The notes below the pieces were generated by a model that was not told the DNA's origin, made no database searches, and saw only the letters and a program-made list of their open reading frames with translations. Positions 19,715 to 29,930 of a stretch of 64,000 bases of DNA are shown here, piece after piece. Made by a program: the position numbers and the translations under genes. Source of the DNA: Candidatus Eiseniibacteriota bacterium (GTDB lineage: Bacteria > Eisenbacteria > RBG-16-71-46 > SZUA-252). The stretch lies in the NCBI GenBank assembly GCA_963703225.1, contig OY969801.1, positions 320,001-384,000 on the forward strand. Direction: 5' to 3'. Within the stretch, counting starts at the first letter, position 1; every line of letters begins with the position of its first letter.

Positions 19715-21001
19715 ATGCATGAAGTGGTTCTCATGGATGGGTTCCGCACGCCGTTCGCCAAGGCGGGAACCGCGCTCGCTTCCGTCCCTGCTCGAGAGCT
19801 GGGCCGCATCGCGGTCACCGAGCTGTTGGCGCGGCACGGCGTCGATCCCGCGCAGGTCGACGAGGTGATCCTCGGCAACGTCGCCCAACCCTCCGATTCC
19901 ACGAATATCGCCCGCGTCGTCGCGCTCCTTTCGGGGATTCCCGAGCGCGCGCCTGCCGTCACGGTGCAGCGCAATTGCGCTTCGGGGATGGAGGCGATCT
20001 CGCTGGCGCACGACCGGATCGCCGCGGGATACGCCGAGCTGATCGTCGCGGGCGGCACCGAATCAATGAGCCAGATCCCGCTCTACATGAGCGATCGCAT
20101 GACCCGCACGTTCGAGCGGCTGGCGCGCGCCAAGACGATCGGCGAGCGCGTCGCCGCGATCGCGGGGGCGCGTCCCGGAGATCTCAAGCCTCGCGTCGCG
20201 CTTCTCGAAGGGCTCACCGATCCGGTTTCGGGGCTCAACATGGGGGAGACCGCGGAAGTTCTCGCCAAGGAGTTCGGCATCAGCCGCGAAGCGCAGGATG
20301 ACTTCGCGCTCCAGAGCCACCGGCGCGCGGTGGCCGCGATGGACGCGGGGCGCTTTGCCGAGGAGATCGTTCCCGTCTTCGCGCCGCCCTACAAGCAGGC
20401 GGTGCTGGAGGACGTGGGCCCGCGGCGCAATCAATCGCTCGAGGCGTTGGCCAAGCTCCGACCCTACTTCGATCGCAAGAACGGAACCGTCACGCCCGGG
20501 AATTCCTGCGGCATCACCGACGGCGCCGCGGCCGTAATCGTCGCTTCGGTCGAGAAGGCGCGCTCTCTGGGGCTCAAGCCGGCGGGCCGGATCCGGGGCG
20601 CCGCCTTTGTCGGGCTCGATCCGGCGCGGATGGGATTGGGGCCGACGCACGCCGCGCCGGTGGCGCTCCGCCGCGCGGGCGTCCGGTTCTCCGAAATCGG
20701 GTTGATCGAGATCAACGAGGCGTTCGCGGCGCAGGTGATCGCGAACGAGATCGCGATGGCATCGGCCAAGTACTGCCGGGAGAAGCTCGGCCTGGACGGC
20801 CCGATCGGCGAGATCGATCGCTCTCGATTGAACGTGAACGGCGGCGCGATCGCGCTGGGACACCCGGTCGGGGTCTCGGGAACCCGGTTGGTGCTCACCC
20901 TGCTCCGTGAAATGAAGCGGCGCGACGTGCCGCTGGGGCTCGCCACGCTCTGCGTGGGTGGGGGCCAGGGCGGCGCCATGGTGCTGGAGCGGGCCGCTTG
21001 A
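19715..21001 (+). CDS. fadA: Acetyl-CoA C-acyltransferase (thiolase)
   Basis: RNCASG, INEAFA, GGAIALGHPVG and LCVGGGQG active-site motifs. Confidence 0.92.
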   Translation: MHEVVLMDGFRTPFAKAGTALASVPARELGRIAVTELLARHGVDPAQVDEVILGNVAQPSDSTNIARVVALLSGIPERAPAVTVQRNCASGMEAISLAHDRIAAGYAELIVAGGTESMSQIPLYMSDRMTRTFERLARAKTIGERVAAIAGARPGDLKPRVALLEGLTDPVSGLNMGETAEVLAKEFGISREAQDDFALQSHRRAVAAMDAGRFAEEIVPVFAPPYKQAVLEDVGPRRNQSLEALAKLRPYFDRKNGTVTPGNSCGITDGAAAVIVASVEKARSLGLKPAGRIRGAAFVGLDPARMGLGPTHAAPVALRRAGVRFSEIGLIEINEAFAAQVIANEIAMASAKYCREKLGLDGPIGEIDRSRLNVNGGAIALGHPVGVSGTRLVLTLLREMKRRDVPLGLATLCVGGGQGGAMVLERAA

Positions 21002-23154
21002 GCATGGCCCTCTTCGAGCCGGAGCAGGCCGCCGAGCCGACCTCCTTCGGTCCGGTGCGCCTCGAGGCGCATCCGTCCGGCATCGTGATCCTCTGGCTCG
21101 ACGATCCGGCGCGGAAGGTGAATCTCTTGGACACCGCGAGCCTCGACGCGCTGGGGCGCGTGCTGGCCGCGCTCAAGCAACGTCCGTCGCCCCCTCGCGC
21201 GCTCGTCCTCGCCTCGGGCAAGGAGGGGCAGTTCATCGCGGGCGCGGACGTGACCGAGTTCGACCGGATCCAAACTCCCGCCGAAGCGGAGACAAAGGTC
21301 AAAGAAGCGCAGCTGCTCTTTGAGGAATACGCGCAGCTCCCCTATCCGAGAGTCGCCGCGATCGACGGTCCATGCCTAGGAGGCGGCACGGAGCTGGCGC
21401 TCGCGATGAGCCACCGGCTGGCGTCCGACCGGCGCTCCACGGTGATCGGGCTCCCGGAGGTGAAGCTGGGAATTCTCCCCGGCTTTGGCGGCTCGCAGCG
21501 CCTTCCCAAGCTGATCGGGTTCACCCAGGCGCTCACGCTCATTCTCTCCGGCCGCGCGATCGATCCGTACAAGGCGCGGAAGCTGGGTCTCGCGGACGAT
21601 GTCCTTCCGCATGAGCGCTTTGTTCCTCGCGCGATCGAGTGGACCGAAGCGCTCCTCGCCGATCCCAAATCGCGGCGCCGCCGGGGTCCGTCGGCTGTCC
21701 ATCGCGTGCTTCAATCACTTCCGTTTGTCCGCTCGTTCGCGCTCGGCGAAGCGCGGAAGAGCGTCGACCGCCAGACAGGCGGCCACTACCCGGCGCCCTA
21801 CGAGATCATCCGCGTCTTGGGGGCGACGTGGGGCAAACGAATCGCCGACGGGCTCAAGATCGAGCGAAAGTCGGTCTCCAAGCTCCTCTTCACCCCCGAG
21901 TCGATCAACCTCAGGCGCATCTTCATGCTGGGGGAGGAGGCGAAGCGGACTCCCGCCGCGGCAGAGGCGCGGGGGGTGGAGTCGGCCGCGGTCTTCGGTG
22001 CCGGGGTGATGGGAGGGGAGATCGCCTATCTCTTCAGCCAGAGCGACGTCCGCGTCCGTCTCCGCGACCTCAAGCCGGAGCCCATCCTCCACTCGCTCGC
22101 CCACGCGCGTTCGCTCTTCGACCGTGAGGTCGCGCGGCGCAAGCTGACCCCGGCCGAGGTGCGGCGCGCCATGGCGCGAATCGAGCCGGCGCTCGATCTG
22201 AGCGGACTCCGGCGCATCGACCTGGCGCTGGAGGCGGTGGTGGAGGATCTGTCGGTGAAGCAATCGCTCTTCCGCGACGTCGAGGCGCAAACCTCGGACA
22301 CGTGCATCCTGGCGACCAACACCTCTTCGCTCTCGATCCAGGCCATCTCGCGCGGCCTTCGACGGCCGGGGCGGCTGGTGGGGATGCACTTCTTCAATCC
22401 CGCCGCGCGGATGCCGCTCGTCGAAGTGGTGCGGATCGACGGGACCGATCGGGACGCGGTCGACACCGTGATCGCGCTGGCCCGCCGGCTCAAGAAGACG
22501 CCGGTGCTCGTGAACGACGCGCCCGGGTTCCTCGTGAATCGGGTCCTGATGCCGTACCTGAGCGAGGCCGTCGGGATGGTCGAGCGGGGCAATGGAATCG
22601 TCGCGATCGACCGGGAGCTTCGAAGGTTCGGAATGCCGCTCGGTCCCCTCGAGTTATTGGACGAGATCGGCCTCGACGTGGCGCGCAAGGTGGCGCACGT
22701 GCTGGACGAGGCGTTTGTGGGGAGAAGCAGCCCGGTCGGCATGATCGACCGGCTCGTCTCGGCGGGATCCCTGGGCAAGAAGACGGGGCTCGGATTCTAC
22801 CGGTACGAGAAGGGTGTGCGTCGTGGGATCAACCCCGCGCTCCGCGCCGCGGCGGCGGCGACGACAACGCCGCCGCAGGAAATCTGCGATCGCTTGATCG
22901 ACGCGATGGTGAACGAGGCGGCCATGGCGCTGGACGAGGGCGTGGTCGCGAGGCCGGACGACGTCGACCTGGCGATGGTCTACGGGACCGGCTTCCCTCC
23001 GTTCCGCGGCGGTTTGCTCCGCCACGCCGATGCGGTCGGTATCAGCACAATTGTCGCCAGGTTGATGAGACGGCAGCAGGAGGGCGCGCCGACGGGTCCC
23101 TGCGGACGACTGCAGCGGATGGGGCTTGGGAATGAGCGTTTCTACGCTCGGTGA
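20998..23154 (+). CDS. fadJ: Fatty acid oxidation complex alpha subunit (enoyl-CoA hydratase/3-hydroxyacyl-CoA dehydrogenase; FadB/FadJ-like)
   Basis: FIAGAD, CLGGGTE, GLPEVKLG, GAGVMG, ATNTSSL, GMHFFNP, GTGFPPFRGG. Confidence 0.88.
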   Translation: MSMALFEPEQAAEPTSFGPVRLEAHPSGIVILWLDDPARKVNLLDTASLDALGRVLAALKQRPSPPRALVLASGKEGQFIAGADVTEFDRIQTPAEAETKVKEAQLLFEEYAQLPYPRVAAIDGPCLGGGTELALAMSHRLASDRRSTVIGLPEVKLGILPGFGGSQRLPKLIGFTQALTLILSGRAIDPYKARKLGLADDVLPHERFVPRAIEWTEALLADPKSRRRRGPSAVHRVLQSLPFVRSFALGEARKSVDRQTGGHYPAPYEIIRVLGATWGKRIADGLKIERKSVSKLLFTPESINLRRIFMLGEEAKRTPAAAEARGVESAAVFGAGVMGGEIAYLFSQSDVRVRLRDLKPEPILHSLAHARSLFDREVARRKLTPAEVRRAMARIEPALDLSGLRRIDLALEAVVEDLSVKQSLFRDVEAQTSDTCILATNTSSLSIQAISRGLRRPGRLVGMHFFNPAARMPLVEVVRIDGTDRDAVDTVIALARRLKKTPVLVNDAPGFLVNRVLMPYLSEAVGMVERGNGIVAIDRELRRFGMPLGPLELLDEIGLDVARKVAHVLDEAFVGRSSPVGMIDRLVSAGSLGKKTGLGFYRYEKGVRRGINPALRAAAAATTTPPQEICDRLIDAMVNEAAMALDEGVVARPDDVDLAMVYGTGFPPFRGGLLRHADAVGISTIVARLMRRQQEGAPTGPCGRLQRMGLGNERFYAR

Positions 23155-23202
23155 GCGCGAGGAACGGGCGGCCCTGCCGCGAACGATCGTGAGGAGGACA
23201 AC

Positions 23203-23691
23203 GTGCCGAACGTGATGGGCGTGCTTCGGGCCGAGATTCGCCGACTGGCGCGCAAGGAAACGAGGCAGGAGCTGGCGACGCTGAAGAAGCAGGTCAACTC
23301 GATGCGGAGCCGGCTGGCGCAAGCGAGACGCCGGATTCAGGACCTGGAATTCAAGGCGAAGCGCGCGGGGCGCGGGATGGTCGGGGCGATCGCGGCCACC
23401 GCCGCGGGTACCGGCCGGCAGGTCCGGTTCTCGCCCGCGTGGGTCAGGCAGCATCGCAGCAAGCTCGGCATGAGCCGCCAGGCATACGCCAAGCTGATCG
23501 GCGTCTCCGCTCAGTCGATCTTGGGCTGGGAATCGGGGCGCACCCGGCCGCGGCGGAGCGCGCTCCAGACGTGGCGTTCGCTCCGGGGCAAGGGCGTGCG
23601 GGAGATCAAGGCGATGGTGGTCGTCGCGCGGGCGCAGGCGCGCCGCCCCCGTCTGCGTGTCCGGCTCCGCCGCCGCGCCAAGAAGAAGTAG
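23203..23691 (+). CDS. XRE-family HTH protein with N-terminal coiled coil
   Basis: LRAEIRRLARKE coiled coil; RSKLGMSRQAYAKLIGVSAQSILGWESGRTRP HTH; RBS GAGGAGG. Confidence 0.8.
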   Translation: MPNVMGVLRAEIRRLARKETRQELATLKKQVNSMRSRLAQARRRIQDLEFKAKRAGRGMVGAIAATAAGTGRQVRFSPAWVRQHRSKLGMSRQAYAKLIGVSAQSILGWESGRTRPRRSALQTWRSLRGKGVREIKAMVVVARAQARRPRLRVRLRRRAKKK

Positions 23692-23702
23692 GTCTCGCCC
23701 GA

Positions 23703-24473
23703 ATGAACGACACCCGCGACCTCGTGCGGCGGCAGTTTGGGGCGCACGCCGACCGTTACGTCAATAGCCCCGAGCACGCCAAGGGCGAGAGCCTCGACCG
23801 GCTGCTCGCCCTCGCGGCGCCCCGCGCGGACTGGCGTGTCCTCGACGTGGCCACCGGAGGCGGGCATACCGCGCTCGCGGTGGCGCCCCGCGTGCGAGAA
23901 GTCGTGGCCACCGACCTCACGCCCGAGATGGTCAAGGCCGCGCGCGTTTTCATCTCGTCCAAGGGCGTCACGAACGTGCAATTTCGCGAGGCCGACGCGA
24001 TGGCCCTCCCGTTTGGGGACGGCGAATTCGACATGGTCACCTGCCGGATCGCTCCGCATCATTTCCCCGACATTCCCGGTTTCCTACGGGAGGCGTACCG
24101 CGTGCTCAAACGGGGCGGCATCGCCATTGTCATCGACAACGTGGTGCCCGAGGAGCCGGTGGCCGCCAAGTACGTCAATGAATTCGAGAGGGTGCGTGAC
24201 CCCAGTCACAATTGGTCCCACCCGGAGTCCGACTGGGAGCGATTTTTTCGCGACGCCGGCTTCGGCGATCTCCACGTCGAGTTCTTCCGCAAGGCGCGTG
24301 ACTTTGAGGAGTGGACCGGCCGGACCTCGGCCGACGACGAGACGAAGGACCGCCTCCGCGAGATGCTGGCGGAGGCGCCGCCAACCGCTCGCTACGCGCT
24401 GGCGCCGGAGAGCCGGAACGGGGCGCTTCGCTTCTACCTGGATGAGATTCTGATTCGGGGAACGAAGAGCTAG
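23703..24473 (+). CDS. Class I SAM-dependent methyltransferase
   Basis: VLDVATGGGH, LPFGDGEFDMVTCRIAPHHF, RVLKRGG, RDPSH. Confidence 0.88.
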   Translation: MNDTRDLVRRQFGAHADRYVNSPEHAKGESLDRLLALAAPRADWRVLDVATGGGHTALAVAPRVREVVATDLTPEMVKAARVFISSKGVTNVQFREADAMALPFGDGEFDMVTCRIAPHHFPDIPGFLREAYRVLKRGGIAIVIDNVVPEEPVAAKYVNEFERVRDPSHNWSHPESDWERFFRDAGFGDLHVEFFRKARDFEEWTGRTSADDETKDRLREMLAEAPPTARYALAPESRNGALRFYLDEILIRGTKS

Positions 24474-25240
24474 CGCGATTTGGTTGGATTCGAGCGAAGC
24501 CACTGCACGTAGGCCCACAGCGCGTCCACGTCGCCCGGCTCTAAGTGAACGCGGTAGGCCGGCATCTTGAGGGCCGCCCGCCGAAGAAAGAACTGGGCGA
24601 GCGAGTTGTGGCGGAATCGCTCGCCCACGCCATTCTCGACCCACTCTCCGAACTCGGTTCGGCTTTGCACCAGATCGGTGAAATCGGGGCCATCCCAGGG
24701 CGGGACGTACCCCTTGAGCGATCCGGGATTGGGTCGCGAGAGACGACCGCCCACGCCGTGGCAGCCGATACAGCCGAGCGCGTGCGCGCGATCTCGTCCG
24801 AAGGTCGCAACCGAATCGTCGGGTGAGGGCATCCCGGACGACGCCATCACGAACGCGACGAGATCATCGATCTTTCGTTTGGGGAGTCGTTTTCCGTAGG
24901 CGGGCATCCTGAGGACTCCGCGCCGCCGGTCCTCCAGCCACGACTTGCTCTTCCATCGAGCCTCCGTCCCCCCGTCGGTGATCCAATCCCGGACCTCCTC
25001 CTCGTTCTCCGCGTACATCATCAGCGATCCTTCGTAGTCGGGAACTCTCCTCTCGGGGCGCCCGGGATTGTAGACGCCCCGAATTCCCTCGGGACCGTGG
25101 CAGGCGAAGCAGCCGTTCGCCTCGGCAATGCGGCGACCACGCTCGACCGCGGTGAGCCTGGGGCGCAGGACCATCACGGCGAGCGCAAGGACGCTCAGGA
25201 GGGCGGCGAGCGCGGCGATTAGGATGCGGCGGAGCTTCAA
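24470..25240 (-). CDS. Membrane-anchored diheme cytochrome c
   Basis: N-terminal TM; CFACH and CIGCH, each followed by an MPAY axial-Met motif. Confidence 0.85.
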   Translation of the reverse strand: MKLRRILIAALAALLSVLALAVMVLRPRLTAVERGRRIAEANGCFACHGPEGIRGVYNPGRPERRVPDYEGSLMMYAENEEEVRDWITDGGTEARWKSKSWLEDRRRGVLRMPAYGKRLPKRKIDDLVAFVMASSGMPSPDDSVATFGRDRAHALGCIGCHGVGGRLSRPNPGSLKGYVPPWDGPDFTDLVQSRTEFGEWVENGVGERFRHNSLAQFFLRRAALKMPAYRVHLEPGDVDALWAYVQWLRSNPTKSR

Positions 25241-25299
25241 GGATTCAAAAACGCGCGCGGAATTCCAGTTTCATCCCGCGCGCGTTTGGAAGATTGGAG

Positions 25300-25713
25300 C
25301 TAATTCGCGGTGGTCGCGGCGGCCGGTGCGGCCTTGGCCGACGCGATTTCCATCGACTTGATCCCGCCCCGCTCGTAAACCATGCCGGTCGCGACGATCT
25401 TGTCGCCGGCCAATTCCTTTGCCTTGTTGAAGGCATCTTTGTTCTCATGCTGCGGCATGAGGACATAGACCACCCCCTTGTCGGTCAAAAGCCCGATCGG
25501 CGATCCACCGGCGGCGCACATCGCGGCGCACTGCTTGTGCTTCTCCCCCGAAGCGGCGTGACCCAGGTAGCAGCTCAGATCGACGACCTCGCCCGTGAGC
25601 GTCACCGGCTTCTGCGCCGCTTCGGCCTTCTTCTCTTCCGCGGCGTTCGCGATCGCAAAGCCTACAAGTGCTACGACGGACGCGAGCACCAGAACACCCT
25701 TTAGCCGCTTCAT
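25300..25713 (-). CDS. Secreted Cys/His-containing hypothetical protein
   Basis: RBS AAGGAGG; signal peptide; GEVVDLSCYL...HKQCAAMCAAGGSPIGLL. Confidence 0.75.
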   Translation of the reverse strand: MKRLKGVLVLASVVALVGFAIANAAEEKKAEAAQKPVTLTGEVVDLSCYLGHAASGEKHKQCAAMCAAGGSPIGLLTDKGVVYVLMPQHENKDAFNKAKELAGDKIVATGMVYERGGIKSMEIASAKAAPAAATTAN

Positions 25714-25756
25714 CTGGATCCTCCTTGATTGCTTGCCGGGACGGTGGCCATTCGGC

Positions 25757-27142
25757 TCAGCGCTCCGGCCGACTTGTTGGAACCTCTTGATGGTACTCAC
25801 CAGGGTTGGGGGGCGCAACAGCCGACTCCGGCGCCGAGAGGGACAAGTTCAGCTCCTCGTCGGAAAGAATCTGCCGCCGGTTCATGATCTGGGAGGTGTC
25901 GTGCTCGAAGAGCATGTGCGTGAGATGGTCCAGCCCGACCTCGATCTGCTTCCGGAACCCCACCATCTTCACGAGGTAGGCCCCCGCCCAGAGAAGCCAC
26001 GCGAGCTTGCCGGAGAGGGGGATGCCAAACAGCTCGAGCACCGAGCTGTGCTTTCCGAGGGAGATGATGTACCCGGCGTCCTTGAAGCGGAAGGGCGGGA
26101 CGATCTTCCCTTCCGCCTGCCGCACGAGCGAATCACCCAGGTAGCTGCCCATGGCGACGGCGGTCTGGGAGAGGGCGGGCTGAAACTTCCCGTCGGGACG
26201 CAGAGACGCGGCGCAGTCGCCGAGGACGTAGGTCCCCGGCTCGGGCCGTCCTTCAGGGTCGAGGGCCAGGAGATACTGGTCGACGCGCACGCGCCCGTCC
26301 GGCGCGTGAGAGAGCGGAAGCTCCCGCACCACCTCCGGCGGATGGACCCCCGCCGTCCAGATGATCGTGAAGGCGTCCATCATGCCGCCGTCGGCGAGAT
26401 GGAGGCGCTTTGGCTCGACGCGGCGCACGAACGCGCCCAGCCGGATCACCGCTCCGCGGCGCTCGAGGAAGCGGTGGACGTACGACGAGTGCTCGGGACG
26501 CGCGGACGGCACGATTCGGTCGCCCCCTTCCAAGACCGTCACCGAGAGGTCCGAGGCGCTGATATTGGGATACCTTGGAAGAAGCGTCTCGCGCGCCATC
26601 TCGATCAATTCGGCGGCTACCTCCACGCCGGTGACCCCTCCGCCGACGACGGCGAAGGTGAGCAGCCGGCGACGCTGCGCCGGCGATTCCGCCTGCTCGG
26701 CCATCTCGAACAGCTCCACCACCCGTGCCCGAAACGCCATGGCGTCGACGATGGTCTTGAAGGTGCGCGTATTCTCCTCGGCACCGGGCACGCTGTAGTA
26801 GTTCGTGACGCTTCCCATGGCAATCACCAGGGAGTCGTACGGCTCGACCAGATTGTTGTGGAGGTGGACCTCGCGTTTCGCCAGGTCGATCCGCATCGCC
26901 TTGTTCTTGTGAAATCGAATTCGGCGGTGCCGCGCCATCTCGCGGAGCGGGTAGACGATGTGTCTCGTCTCGACGGAGCCGACGGCGACCGCGGGGAGAA
27001 GCGGGTTGAACTGGAAGAAGTTTTCCTTGTCGACGAGGAGCGTGTCCCAGTACTCGCGGGCCGCTTGCGACCGCCCGACGGCGCGGGCGACGTCGAGCCC
27101 GGCAAATCCACCACCCAGGATTACAAGTCGACGCTTCGCCAT
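25757..27142 (-). CDS. ndh: Type II NADH:quinone oxidoreductase-like FAD oxidoreductase
   Basis: GGGFAG, VGGGVTGVEVAAEL, IWTAGV, VLGDCA. Confidence 0.8.
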   Translation of the reverse strand: MAKRRLVILGGGFAGLDVARAVGRSQAAREYWDTLLVDKENFFQFNPLLPAVAVGSVETRHIVYPLREMARHRRIRFHKNKAMRIDLAKREVHLHNNLVEPYDSLVIAMGSVTNYYSVPGAEENTRTFKTIVDAMAFRARVVELFEMAEQAESPAQRRRLLTFAVVGGGVTGVEVAAELIEMARETLLPRYPNISASDLSVTVLEGGDRIVPSARPEHSSYVHRFLERRGAVIRLGAFVRRVEPKRLHLADGGMMDAFTIIWTAGVHPPEVVRELPLSHAPDGRVRVDQYLLALDPEGRPEPGTYVLGDCAASLRPDGKFQPALSQTAVAMGSYLGDSLVRQAEGKIVPPFRFKDAGYIISLGKHSSVLELFGIPLSGKLAWLLWAGAYLVKMVGFRKQIEVGLDHLTHMLFEHDTSQIMNRRQILSDEELNLSLSAPESAVAPPNPGEYHQEVPTSRPER

Positions 27143-27173
27143 GGGGCCAGAATAGCACTCCGCCGAGCGATAC

Positions 27174-28073
27174 CTATCTCAGGGCTGCCCGCAGCGCTCC
27201 CTCTAATTTTGGATGCTGGAATTCGAACCCCGATCCCGTCAACCGCGCGGGCTCGGCGCGCTGACTCGTGAGCAATAGCTCGTCGGCCATCTCGCCGAGC
27301 AGGAGCCGGAGGGCAAAGGCTGGAGCGGGGAGGATCGTCGGACGATTGAGCACGCTTCCCAAGTCTCGGGTGAACTCGGCGTTGGTGACCGGATGGGGGG
27401 AGACGGCGTTGATCGGTCCGCTCAGGCTCTCGTTTTCGAGAATGTGGACGATGGCCCGCACGAGATCTTCGAGCGCGATCCAGCTCATGTACTGCCGCCC
27501 GTTCCCCAGCCTGCCGCCGAGACCGAGACGAAACGGGAGCGCGATTGCCGGCAGGGCTCCTCCCGTGCCGCTCAGCGCCATTCCGATCCGAATCCTCGCG
27601 AGACGAATCCGGGCCTTCGACAGCGCCTCGGCGGGAGCAGCTTCCCACGCCGTGCAGACCTCGGCGAGAAACCCTGCGCCTCGATTCGAATCCTCTTGAA
27701 GGATCTCGTCACCGCGACTCCCGTAGTAGCCCACGCCGGAGGCGGAGACAAAGACGCGGGGCGGCGGCGTCAGCTTGGCAACGGCGTCCGCGAGGAGCGA
27801 GGTGGAGCGGACCCGGCTTTCCAAGATGCGTCGCTTGTGCGCCGCGTTCCACGGCCATCGGGCGATCGAGGCGCCGGCGAGATTCACGACGGCGTCGAGT
27901 CCTTGGAGCCGCCCGACTTCGATCGATCCGGCATCCGGATTCCACGCGATCTCGGAGTGGTCGCGCGGCGGGCGACCCCGCACGAGGTTGATCGGTCGGT
28001 GGCCTTGAGAAGCGAGAGATGAGACGAGGGTGGTGCCGATCATCCCGCTCGCGCCGCTCACAAGGACGTTCAC
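27174..28073 (-). CDS. TIGR01777 family NAD-dependent epimerase/oxidoreductase
   Basis: VSGASGMIG, VVNLAGASI, SASGVGYYG, FLAEVCTAWE, GNGRQYMSWI. Confidence 0.9.
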   Translation of the reverse strand: MNVLVSGASGMIGTTLVSSLASQGHRPINLVRGRPPRDHSEIAWNPDAGSIEVGRLQGLDAVVNLAGASIARWPWNAAHKRRILESRVRSTSLLADAVAKLTPPPRVFVSASGVGYYGSRGDEILQEDSNRGAGFLAEVCTAWEAAPAEALSKARIRLARIRIGMALSGTGGALPAIALPFRLGLGGRLGNGRQYMSWIALEDLVRAIVHILENESLSGPINAVSPHPVTNAEFTRDLGSVLNRPTILPAPAFALRLLLGEMADELLLTSQRAEPARLTGSGFEFQHPKLEGALRAALR

Positions 28074-28116
28074 GCGCGGGATTGTAGCCGATCGCGCCGG
28101 TTGGTAGCCTCGCGCC

Positions 28117-28698
28117 GTGGAATGGAAAGCGCCCACATCGCCGACGGCGTCGCTCGCCGACTGGGTTCGTCCGGTTCCCGATTGGCCGAGGCGGGGCATC
28201 CTCTTCCGCGACCTGACCCCACTCTGGGCGGACGGCCGCGCCTGGGCGCGGGCCGTGGCGGCGCTCGCCCGCCCGTTCGATGCTGATCCGCCGGCGATGG
28301 TGCTGGGAATTGAAGCGCGAGGCTTTCTCGTGGCCTCCGCGCTCGCCGCCCGCTGGGGAGCCGGGATCGCGCTCGCCCGAAAGCCGGGCAAGCTCCCGGC
28401 CGCGGCGCATCGCGAGGAATACGAGCTGGAGTACGGCCGCGCGTCGCTCGAGTCGCATCGGGATTTGCTTCAGCCGGGGGCGCGGGTCTTGATCGCGGAC
28501 GACGTGATCGCGACCGCCGGCACGGCGATGGCCGCGCTCGCGCTACTCCGGGCGCTTCGGTGCGCGCCGATCGGATTCGCGTTCGTCGTGGAGATCGCCT
28601 ACCTCGCCGGCCGCGCCAAGCTGGGCGACTCGATCCCGGTTCACAGCGTGATCGTCTACGACAAGGACGGCGTGGAGAGGGTCAACGAAGCGGTTTGA
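28117..28698 (+). CDS. apt: Adenine phosphoribosyltransferase
   Basis: PDWPRRGILFRDLTPL, GIEARGF, RKPGKLP, YELEYG, IADDVIATAGT. Confidence 0.92.
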   Translation: MEWKAPTSPTASLADWVRPVPDWPRRGILFRDLTPLWADGRAWARAVAALARPFDADPPAMVLGIEARGFLVASALAARWGAGIALARKPGKLPAAAHREEYELEYGRASLESHRDLLQPGARVLIADDVIATAGTAMAALALLRALRCAPIGFAFVVEIAYLAGRAKLGDSIPVHSVIVYDKDGVERVNEAV

Positions 28699-29482
28699 CC
28701 GCCCTGACCTTGATCGAGCGCACTGCGTCCCAAGCGCTATCGTCGATCGCCGACCGGGGCAGAAGATCTCCCGCGACCGCGTAGGAGTTCTCCTCCAGAA
28801 CCTCCGCCGATTCAAAGCCCGCCTTCCGGATGAACTCCAGATAGTCCTCCTTCATCGAGGCACCGGCGACGCATCCGACATAGGCCTCCACCGACTTCTT
28901 CACGGCGTCCGGAAGCGGGCGCGTGAGTACGAGGTCGCTCACCACCATCCGACCGCCCGGCTTGAGGACCCGCCACGCCTCGCCAAAGACCCGAGGCTTG
29001 TCCGGCGAGAGGTTGATCACGCAGTTGGAGATGATGAGATCGATGGTGGCGTCGCCGACGGGGAGGTGCTCGATCTCCCCGAGACGGAACTCGACGTTCG
29101 TGAAGGCACCCTTCTCGGCGTTCTCGCGGGCCCGCCGAAGCATCACGGCGGTCATGTCGACGCCGATCACCCGCCCCTCGGGCCCCACCTCGCGCGCCGC
29201 GAGGAACGCGTCGATCCCCGCGCCGGAGCCGAGGTCGAGGACGGTCTCTCCACGCCGCGCTTGGGCGTGGGCGAGCGGGTTGCCGCATCCGAGGCCAAGG
29301 TTCGAGCCCTCCGGAACCGCCTTCGCCTGCTCCTCCGTGTAGCCGAGCGACGTGAGCCCGCCCTCCTCGCGGCAGCCGCAACCGCAGCCTGCTCCTTCAC
29401 CGCAACAACCGACGCCGGTCCCCTCGACGATCGCGCCGTACTTTTCCCGCACCACGTCCCGAATGTCCGTCGTTTCACTCAT
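28682..29482 (-). CDS. arsM: Arsenite S-adenosylmethyltransferase
   Basis: N-terminal [36 protein letters not shown]; immediately downstream of ArsR. Confidence 0.9.
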   Translation of the reverse strand: MSETTDIRDVVREKYGAIVEGTGVGCCGEGAGCGCGCREEGGLTSLGYTEEQAKAVPEGSNLGLGCGNPLAHAQARRGETVLDLGSGAGIDAFLAAREVGPEGRVIGVDMTAVMLRRARENAEKGAFTNVEFRLGEIEHLPVGDATIDLIISNCVINLSPDKPRVFGEAWRVLKPGGRMVVSDLVLTRPLPDAVKKSVEAYVGCVAGASMKEDYLEFIRKAGFESAEVLEENSYAVAGDLLPRSAIDDSAWDAVRSIKVRAVKPLR

Positions 29483-29838
29483 CGCGCGCTCCTCTCTTCG
29501 GTGGTAATCAACTCTCGCAGCAGTGAAGAAAATCGCTTTCCCGCTTCCGGCTGGACGCAGTAACAGACCCGCGGTCCGTCGATCTCGCCCTGGATCCAGC
29601 CGGCGTCCTTGAGCACCTTGAGGTGCTGGGAAATGGTCGCTTGCGCCAAGGGAAGCCGATTCACGATGTCCCCGCAGATGCACTCGCCCTGGCCCAGCAA
29701 CAGCCGGACGATCGCCACGCGCGCGGGGTGGGCAAGCGCCTTGGCCAGGCGCGCCAGCTCGTCGTTCTCCGTGCCCCGCCGCGGACGCCCCGCGGTGCCC
29801 ACGCGGAGGGGGATCGCCCTCGATTCCACACGTTTCAT
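29479..29838 (-). CDS. arsR: ArsR/SmtB family repressor
   Basis: [35 protein letters not shown]. Confidence 0.9.
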   Translation of the reverse strand: MKRVESRAIPLRVGTAGRPRRGTENDELARLAKALAHPARVAIVRLLLGQGECICGDIVNRLPLAQATISQHLKVLKDAGWIQGEIDGPRVCYCVQPEAGKRFSSLLRELITTEERSAR

Positions 29839-29852
29839 CGGTGCCTCCAGGG

Positions 29853-29897
29853 TAAATCGTATATCGTCAATATACGATTTAGTGGCCCGCGTGTCAA
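29853..29897 (-). promoter_or_regulatory. arsR-arsM sigma70 promoter with overlapping ArsR operator
   Basis: Minus strand TTGACA-17-TATATT; perfect 12-5-12 inverted repeat taaatcgtatat-cgtca-atatacgattta (29853-29881) over the -10. Confidence 0.85.
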
Positions 29898-29930
29898 GAG
29901 CGATTCAAAAAGAATGCTATCCTCGCCGTC

